NCBI GenBank assembly: GCA_049699855.1
Contig: JBNAWM010000041.1
Coordinates: 1 to 12,788, forward strand
Source of the DNA: Candidatus Cryosericum sp.
Lineage (GTDB): Bacteria; Caldisericota; Caldisericia; Cryosericales; Cryosericaceae
Reading direction: 5' to 3'
Length of the DNA: 12,788 bases
In this document: positions 7,811 through 12,788 of the stretch, piece after piece
How positions within the stretch are numbered: position 1 is the first letter of the stretch
Layout: every line of letters starts with the position of its first letter
Position numbers and translations under genes: made by a program
The notes under the pieces: model-generated
What the model was told of the DNA's origin: nothing
Seen by the model: the letters and a program-made list of their open reading frames with translations, nothing else
Databases searched by the model: none

Positions 7811-8586
7811 AGCGATAGCTCCTCTCCTGGCTCCTCTGCCACCAGTCCAGGTGGCTCCTCTGCCAGTCTACCATCAACCAGCGAATAATGGAGAACAGTT
7901 TCACGCTCAGGTGGCGCAAGCTTGTTCTTGACGACATGTACACGAATAGCGAAAGAGGTTGGATCTCCTTCGTCCAGGCTCAGCTGTTCCTGTGTCATTT
8001 TCAGGCGCAATGAGGCAAAACTGCGCAGAGCTCCCCCGCCGATGGACGCGACTGAACCAGGAACAGCCATCAGATAACTGCGGCTGAGAAAAAGCATGAC
8101 GCAGTTGCGGCGGGCAACCAGTGTTGTGAGTTTTCGCAGTGCACGGCCAACCATCTCGGCACGTGCCATATTGAGCGGGGTGCCTTCGGGCCGGTGCGAT
8201 GGATTCATGGCGATTGCCGAATCCATGACGAGGAGATCGATGCTGGCACGTTCCAGAAGGATGACAGCCATGTCGACAGCATCTTCTGCTGTTTCCGGCT
8301 CGAGCAGCAGGATATCTTGTGCCGACGGGCCAAGGTTCTGTGGAAGTTTGGCTGTCAGGCTGTGTTCCAAGTCGATCCAGACGACAGTCAGCCCCAGGGC
8401 TGCTGCATTCAGACAGCAGGCCACTGCAAGAGCAGACTTGCCTGAACTGGCTGTTCCAAACAACTCAGTGATGCGCCCGCGCGGATACCCACCGATGCCC
8501 GTTATCCGGTCTATCGAGGAGATACCGCTTCCAAGGACGGCTACGGGTGCAGTGAATTGTTGCTGAATGCTTTTAAGCATATTCAT
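7807..8586 (-). CDS. Truncated RecA paralog / ImuA-like RecA-fold ATPase (~257-259 aa)
   Basis: GIGGYPRGRITELFG, Walker A GTASSGKS, WIDLEHSL, Walker B LLVMDS, ALRKL, GGGALRSFASLRL, VVKNKLAPP. No RecA C-terminal domain. Start probably ATG 8586 or 8580, overlapping the dnaE2 stop; the 8685 start adds out-of-frame dnaE2 sequence. Confidence 0.85.
   Translation of the reverse strand: MNMLKSIQQQFTAPVAVLGSGISSIDRITGIGGYPRGRITELFGTASSGKSALAVACCLNAAALGLTVVWIDLEHSLTAKLPQNLGPSAQDILLLEPETAEDAVDMAVILLERASIDLLVMDSAIAMNPSHRPEGTPLNMARAEMVGRALRKLTTLVARRNCVMLFLSRSYLMAVPGSVASIGGGALRSFASLRLKMTQEQLSLDEGDPTSFAIRVHVVKNKLAPPERETVLHYSLVDGRLAEEPPGLVAEEPGEELSL
7828..7865. repeat. 14-bp direct repeat TGGCTCCTCTGCCA at 7828-7841 and 7852-7865 (24-bp period)
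   Basis: Read directly from the sequence; encodes the two AEEP units in the acidic tail of the RecA paralog. Confidence 0.8.
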
Positions 8587-11500
8587 AGAAAAGGGGCGCA
8601 TCCTTGGCACCCGGAACAAACTGCAGGCCATCCAGCCGCTTGACGATGACCGTGGGACTCCCCTCGGCATTCTGAAGTTCGCCATACAGGCGCATCATGC
8701 TGTTTTGCTTGAGCGCCGCCGCATACTTGCGCTGGACGTCCTCAAACATGACCGCTTCTATCATGCCGTCTTCATCCTCCAGGGTGATAAAGAATACCCG
8801 CTTGCCGGATTTGGTCGGAGGAGTCTGGATACGGACAACAACCCCTCGCACCCACACGTTTGAACCGTGTGGCCACGAGGTCAACTGGACACTGTGCAGG
8901 GCAGGCGCGCGCATCTGCACGGGCGTTGGTTCATTGGCAGTCTTGACAGCAGCCAGGTCCAGCAGGACAGCCAGGCTTGTTGATACAGGATAGCCTATGC
9001 CGGATATCTCTCCCAGGACAGCACGCAATTGCAGGTTGGGAGAGGCACTCAGAATGCGGTCGATCTCGCTGGGTTCCAGCCCAAGTTCATCAGCGACGGC
9101 CAGAGGAGTTCCAAGGTCGTCGAATGCCCCAGCCAGCACGAGGCGTTGAAGCGCCCGTTTATTGACATGCGTCCGCTTCAGGAAATCGGTGGCTGAGTCA
9201 AAGGGGTGTTTCTCTCGCGCAGCCACAATGGAATCAGCATCCTTTGCCGAAAGGCTGCTGAAGGTGTTCAGCCCGAGTTTCAGTACCATGCCATGCGCGG
9301 TCGTTCGGACCATACTGCGTGTTACCAGCGGCTTTTCGACCAGAACGTGGCAGCGGCGCGCTTCATCCAGCAAGATGAACGGAGGATAGAACCCCACGGG
9401 CATCGCGTTGAGCAGTCCCGCAATGTAGTGAGCCGGCCAGTGTGCCTTGAGATAGGCAGTGCGGTAGGCCAGCAATCCAAACGAAGCGGCATGCCCTTTG
9501 TTGAATCCGTAGCTGGCAAAGCTCTGGAGCTGGCTGTAAATGCGCCGGGCAGTTTCCGGGGTGGTGCCTTTGGCAGCAGCTCGCTCCAGGAAGAGCTTTT
9601 CAAATCGAGCAAGGTCAGCCTTGGGGGTGTGCTCTGTCATGGCACGCCGGAGGACATCCGCTTCTGCGAATGATAAATCGGCGACTGCATTGGCAACTTG
9701 CAGAACCTGCTCTTGGAAAACGATAATGCCATAGGTCTCATTCAGAATCGGCTCCAGGCGCGGATCCTCGAATGTCACTGGGGCTGTTCCATTTCTTCTG
9801 GCCAGATACAGCTTGTCCATGTTCATGGCCATGGGACCCGGGCGGAACAGCGAAACGTTTGCCATGATATCGGCATAACAGGTGGGCTGCAGCTTGAGCA
9901 AAAGGTTCCGCATCCCTGGCGATTCCAGCTGGAACACACCAAGCGTGCGGGCCTCACGTAACAGGCGATATGTCGACCGGTCGTCCATGGGGATAGTCGA
10001 AAGGCTGATCTCAGCACCTGTTTCGGCTTGTACCATCGCTGTTGCATCTACTGCGGCGGACAGCGTACGCAATCCCAGCAAGTCCATCTTGACCAGGCCC
10101 AATCGCTCTACGTCGTCTTTGTCATACTGTGTCATAAGGTGACCCGTTCCAGATGGTTCAAGAGGAACAAGGTCAGTGAGTGGAAAAGGGGCGATGACCA
10201 GTCCTGCAAGATGTGTGGACAGGGTTCGCGGGAGCCCTCGTATGCGTTCAGCCAGGGAGACCCATCTCTCTATACTGCCATAGGGAAATGTGGCCAGTTC
10301 CGGCAATTTGGCGATGACCTCAGTGATGCGGTGGTGGCTGTACCAGGGCAGAAGACGGGTGGCGTCATCAATTTCCTCCCGGCTGTATCCCAGCGCTCCT
10401 CCGACATCACGAAAAGCTCCACGGATGTTGTATGTGTTGACGTTGGCTACACGGCAGACCCTGTCTTCACCATAAACGTTGAATAATTCGGACACGACCT
10501 CATCACGGCGTAGTGCATCAAAGTCAATGTCGACATCTGGCAGACTTTGCCGCCCCTCATTGAGAAAGCGCTCGAACAGCAGGTTATGCCGAAGTGGATC
10601 GACCTGCGTAGCATCGATACAGTAACAGACGATGGAATTGGCGCCCGAACCACGTCCGGAGTAGGCAATTCCTTTGCGCCGCGCTATCTCGATGATGTCG
10701 CGTACGATAAGGAAGTACTCATCCATGTGCATATGCCGGATGGTGCCCAGCTCATGCTCGATACGCTCTGCTACAGTGGCAGTAATGGTGCCATATTTCT
10801 CCCGGGCTCCGGCATAGACGATATCGTGGAGACTGCGCGTTGCTGTCAGTATCGAACTGGGAGTCTTGAAACCATGCAAAGGCAACTCCACCCGACATTG
10901 GGCGGCGACGTCTCCGCTGACGGCCAGTGCTTCAGGCCAATCTGCAAACAGTTCAGCCATCTCATCGGCTCCCCTGAACCAGTTTTCAGCATTGACATGT
11001 TGTGTCTGCCGACTGCGGGTGTCGACATCTTCCAGCGAACCAATGGCCAGGAGCATCTCACGAACTTCTGCATCGACACGGCGCAAATGGGTAACGCCCC
11101 CAGTGGCGCAGGCGGGAACGCCGGTTTCGTCAGACAACTGATGCATACGGTACAGGAGACGCGTCGAATCGGGAAACATGGGATTCTGAACGTCCAGGTA
11201 CAAATTGTTGGAGAAAAGTGCGCGCATTTTTTCCAGGAGAAGGCGTGCCTTATGCAGATGGCGCGTTGACAGGAACTGATAAAGCAGACTTTCGGGACTG
11301 CCATACAATGCGACAAGGTGTTCAGCATATGGCGCAAGCTGCTCGGGCGTCAGTCCTGGATGCACCCGGCCGCGTGCCTGGGCAATAGTCACCAGACGGC
11401 AGAGGTTGCTGTAGCCCTCCAGGTCGCGCGCAAGAACAACAATGCGGTCCTCCGTTTCATTGTCAAGCAGTGTCAACTCACAGCCGAAGATGGGAACAAT

Positions 11501-11674
11501 TCCAGCAGAGCGCGCTGCATGGTCGAAGCGGATGGCGCCGGCGAGGGTGTTCCTGTCGGTGATGGCGCAGAAGGAGTAGCCCAGCTCGCGACTGCGCTGT
11601 ACCAGGTCTTCAATGCGGATCGAACTTTCATGGAAGCTGAAGCCCGTATGAAGATGCAAATGGACGAAAGACAT
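8573..11674 (-). CDS. dnaE2: C-family DNA polymerase alpha subunit, error-prone DnaE2 (ImuC) type, 1033 aa
   Basis: PHP start HLHLH/TDR/GCE; GRGSGANSIVCYC, LLFERFL, catalytic PDVDID and KMDLLGL, VFQLESPG, HAASF, MPVGFYPP (DnaE2-type), OB-fold QTPPTKSG..FFITLEDEDG; no tau-binding C-terminal domain; lies in a lexA operon. Confidence 0.88.
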   Translation of the reverse strand: MSFVHLHLHTGFSFHESSIRIEDLVQRSRELGYSFCAITDRNTLAGAIRFDHAARSAGIVPIFGCELTLLDNETEDRIVVLARDLEGYSNLCRLVTIAQARGRVHPGLTPEQLAPYAEHLVALYGSPESLLYQFLSTRHLHKARLLLEKMRALFSNNLYLDVQNPMFPDSTRLLYRMHQLSDETGVPACATGGVTHLRRVDAEVREMLLAIGSLEDVDTRSRQTQHVNAENWFRGADEMAELFADWPEALAVSGDVAAQCRVELPLHGFKTPSSILTATRSLHDIVYAGAREKYGTITATVAERIEHELGTIRHMHMDEYFLIVRDIIEIARRKGIAYSGRGSGANSIVCYCIDATQVDPLRHNLLFERFLNEGRQSLPDVDIDFDALRRDEVVSELFNVYGEDRVCRVANVNTYNIRGAFRDVGGALGYSREEIDDATRLLPWYSHHRITEVIAKLPELATFPYGSIERWVSLAERIRGLPRTLSTHLAGLVIAPFPLTDLVPLEPSGTGHLMTQYDKDDVERLGLVKMDLLGLRTLSAAVDATAMVQAETGAEISLSTIPMDDRSTYRLLREARTLGVFQLESPGMRNLLLKLQPTCYADIMANVSLFRPGPMAMNMDKLYLARRNGTAPVTFEDPRLEPILNETYGIIVFQEQVLQVANAVADLSFAEADVLRRAMTEHTPKADLARFEKLFLERAAAKGTTPETARRIYSQLQSFASYGFNKGHAASFGLLAYRTAYLKAHWPAHYIAGLLNAMPVGFYPPFILLDEARRCHVLVEKPLVTRSMVRTTAHGMVLKLGLNTFSSLSAKDADSIVAAREKHPFDSATDFLKRTHVNKRALQRLVLAGAFDDLGTPLAVADELGLEPSEIDRILSASPNLQLRAVLGEISGIGYPVSTSLAVLLDLAAVKTANEPTPVQMRAPALHSVQLTSWPHGSNVWVRGVVVRIQTPPTKSGKRVFFITLEDEDGMIEAVMFEDVQRKYAAALKQNSMMRLYGELQNAEGSPTVIVKRLDGLQFVPGAKDAPLFYEYA

Positions 11675-11698
11675 ATCGCATCACTCATCGTGTTCGTA

Positions 11699-11977
11699 TC
11701 AATCCATCAGGCGAATCATATACCAGTGTCGATGAACATTGTCTCTTGCAACGGTCGCTATCATCTTGTCATCGCTCATGATCGTGTAGTAGGTGGCATC
11801 CTCCGTATGGTCAGAGGTAAACTGTCCGCTGGCCCACATCTTGAGGATGCGATCGACATGTTTGACTTCACCACGGAACACAAAAGCGGAAAGGTGACCG
11901 TTTCGTTCTTCCACGTAAAGCAGTGGCAGCTTTTCGGACAACGTCATGGAGGTTGGCAAATCGGACAGGGAGTTCAT
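11699..11977 (-). CDS. Small stand-alone ImuB C-terminal-domain-like (DUF6504-like) protein, 92 aa
   Basis: ATG 11977 follows GAGAAGG, 10 nt after the lexA TGA. G..SAFVFRGEVKHVDRILKMW...YYTIMSDD...VARD...HWYMIRLMD fits the F-x-[WF]-R-G..V...W / YY / W..D-stop pattern recalled for ImuB-C/DUF6504; it fills the lexA-dnaE2 gap. Confidence 0.75.
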   Translation of the reverse strand: MNSLSDLPTSMTLSEKLPLLYVEERNGHLSAFVFRGEVKHVDRILKMWASGQFTSDHTEDATYYTIMSDDKMIATVARDNVHRHWYMIRLMD

Positions 11978-11987
11978 GCGTGCCTTC

Positions 11988-12578
11988 TCAGGAAAGGCGT
12001 TCACGAACAAGGCCGACAACTTTGCCAATAATGGTGACTTCATTGGTGACGGGGATGGGGTGGTACGCAGGATTGGCTGGCATGAGAAAGATGCCGTCTC
12101 CCCCCTGGTGCAGTTTTTTGACGGTCGCCTCGTCTCCAAAGAGAGCGACAACAATGTCTCCGTTGTCTGCCGTTTGCTGTTTGTGGACAATAACGATGTC
12201 TCCCGGCACAATATGTTCATTGATCATGGAGTCCCCCTTGACCTTGAGGCCAAAATAATCGGCTGTTGCAGAGGTGGGAGGAGTAACAAAGATCCACTTC
12301 TCGATATTCTCCTCGGCCAGAATGGGCGTGCCTGCAGCAACAGTGCCCAGGACCGGGATCATCAGCGATGGAGTGGCCGGTGTTCCCTTGATAAGGTCCG
12401 GCTGAGGAAGATATCCCTTGCGTTCGAGCGTCTTGACATAGACGACGACCGAATTGAGCGAGTTGAATCCAAAGTGGCGCCGCACATCTTCCAGACTGGG
12501 ACGGAATCCTGTCTGGCGCGCGCGCGCCTCGATGAATTCCAGAACGGCTTGCTGCTTGCTGGTCAACTCTTCCATCAT
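11988..12578 (-). CDS. lexA: LexA repressor, 195-196 aa (start 12578 or, better spaced from the RBS, 12575)
   Basis: LTSKQQAVLEFI..PS..LERKGY HTH domain; IPVLGTVAAG-TP Ala-Gly cleavage site; catalytic Ser in GDSM and Lys in ATVKK; GGAGG RBS. Confidence 0.95.
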   Translation of the reverse strand: MMEELTSKQQAVLEFIEARARQTGFRPSLEDVRRHFGFNSLNSVVVYVKTLERKGYLPQPDLIKGTPATPSLMIPVLGTVAAGTPILAEENIEKWIFVTPPTSATADYFGLKVKGDSMINEHIVPGDIVIVHKQQTADNGDIVVALFGDEATVKKLHQGGDGIFLMPANPAYHPIPVTNEVTIIGKVVGLVRERLS

Positions 12579-12589
12579 CTGCCTCCATG

Positions 12590-12625
12590 GTAGTGTAGTT
12601 ACTACAACTGTAGTGTATACACTAT
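12590..12625. promoter_or_regulatory. Two 16-bp palindromic sites (RTAGT-N6-ACTAY), putative LexA operators
   Basis: GTAGT-GTAGTT-ACTAC at 12590-12605 and GTAGT-GTATAC-ACTAT at 12610-12625 (contains perfect 14-bp palindrome TAGTGTATACACTA, 12611-12624), 20-bp period, overlapping the predicted -10 and start site. Confidence 0.7.
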
Positions 12626-12640
12626 TTCATAGAAATGCAA
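12612..12640 (-). promoter_or_regulatory. Predicted sigma70-type promoter of the lexA operon
   Basis: Minus strand TTGCAT (12640-12635) - 17 bp - TACACT (12617-12612) in an AT-rich patch. Confidence 0.65.
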
Positions 12641-12663
12641 GAGGTTAGCGGAGGAAGACGACC

Positions 12664-12701
12664 GATAAACAATGCTGTTAGGCTGCGCAGCCTGACAGCA
12701 T
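12664..12701 (-). terminator. Probable intrinsic terminator upstream of the lexA promoter
   Basis: Minus strand ATGCTGTCAGGCT-GCGC-AGCCTAACAGCAT (12701-12672; 13-bp stem, one mismatch) followed by TGTTTAT, about 25 nt after a TAG at 12726-12728. Confidence 0.65.
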
Positions 12702-12725
12702 CTGTGGTTTGTGAAGGAGGCAGTG

Positions 12726-12788
12726 CTACAAGTCTTTGTCGTACCTTCCGGCAACCGTACAGCTCATCAGGAAGCGATATAGCTCCAC
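12726..12788 (-). CDS. Possible 3' end of an upstream gene (…VELYRFLMSCTVAGRYDKDL*), product unknown
   Basis: Frame is open from the window edge to TAG 12726-12728 and is followed by a terminator-like hairpin; only 20 codons are visible. Confidence 0.4.
   Translation of the reverse strand: MELYRFLMSCTVAGRYDKDL

Noticed and set aside
7807..8586. Calling the gene the housekeeping recA, or a recA pseudogene
   Set aside because: It lacks residues and domains needed for recombinase function, yet the frame is intact with ATPase motifs kept and coupling on both sides.
8587..8685. Longer RecA-paralog start at 8685, or a programmed frameshift fusing DnaE2 to the RecA paralog at CCC CTT TTC
   Set aside because: The extension has no RecA similarity; the site is not an in-frame X XXY YYZ heptamer and has no adjacent stop or properly spaced SD. 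Ordinary overlap and coupling explain it.
11685..11698. CGAAC half-site upstream of dnaE2 as a Gram-positive-type SOS box
   Set aside because: No matching GTTC half at the 4-bp spacing.
11978..12220. 81-codon N-terminal extension of the small gene overlapping lexA in another frame
   Set aside because: Ser/Thr/Pro-rich off-frame text with no family signal; a better start exists at 11977 just after the lexA stop.
11946..12593. 215-aa plus-strand ORF antisense to lexA, and the other long antisense ORFs over dnaE2, gal genes, DUF72 and the transporter
   Set aside because: Shadow ORFs of well-supported genes in fairly GC-rich DNA; no recognisable motifs.
12624..12636. Palindrome ATTTC-ATA-GAAAT in the lexA promoter spacer as an operator
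   Set aside because: Single copy with 5-bp arms in an AT-rich patch; the repeated RTAGT-N6-ACTAY site is better supported.
6880..12788. Cassette as part of a mobile element or prophage
   Set aside because: No integrase, transposase, att-like or terminal repeats seen; compositional comparison was not computed.

Overview
Bacterial DNA in three blocks. (1) 1-5145 is a galactoside/Leloir cluster: galT-galK-GH36 alpha-galactosidase on the minus strand (the GH36 gene runs off the left edge and is absent from the ORF track), with galE transcribed divergently. (2) 5263-6879 is a Na+/phosphate cotransporter with PhoU domains and its own sigma70-type promoter. (3) 6941-12640 (minus strand) is a tightly packed SOS-mutagenesis-type operon: lexA - 92-aa stand-alone ImuB-C/DUF6504-like gene - dnaE2-type polymerase - truncated, degenerate RecA paralog - DUF72. 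It differs from the textbook imuA-imuB-dnaE2 cassette: there is no Y-family/ImuB gene, the ImuA slot holds a still very RecA-like protein downstream of dnaE2, and the LexA has an atypical recognition helix and wing. Two copies of a 16-bp palindrome (RTAGT-N6-ACTAY) lie over the lexA promoter and are a candidate new SOS box. A hairpin and a possible 3' end of an upstream gene close the window. All family calls come from motifs recognised by eye; no searches were run and the taxon cannot be determined.
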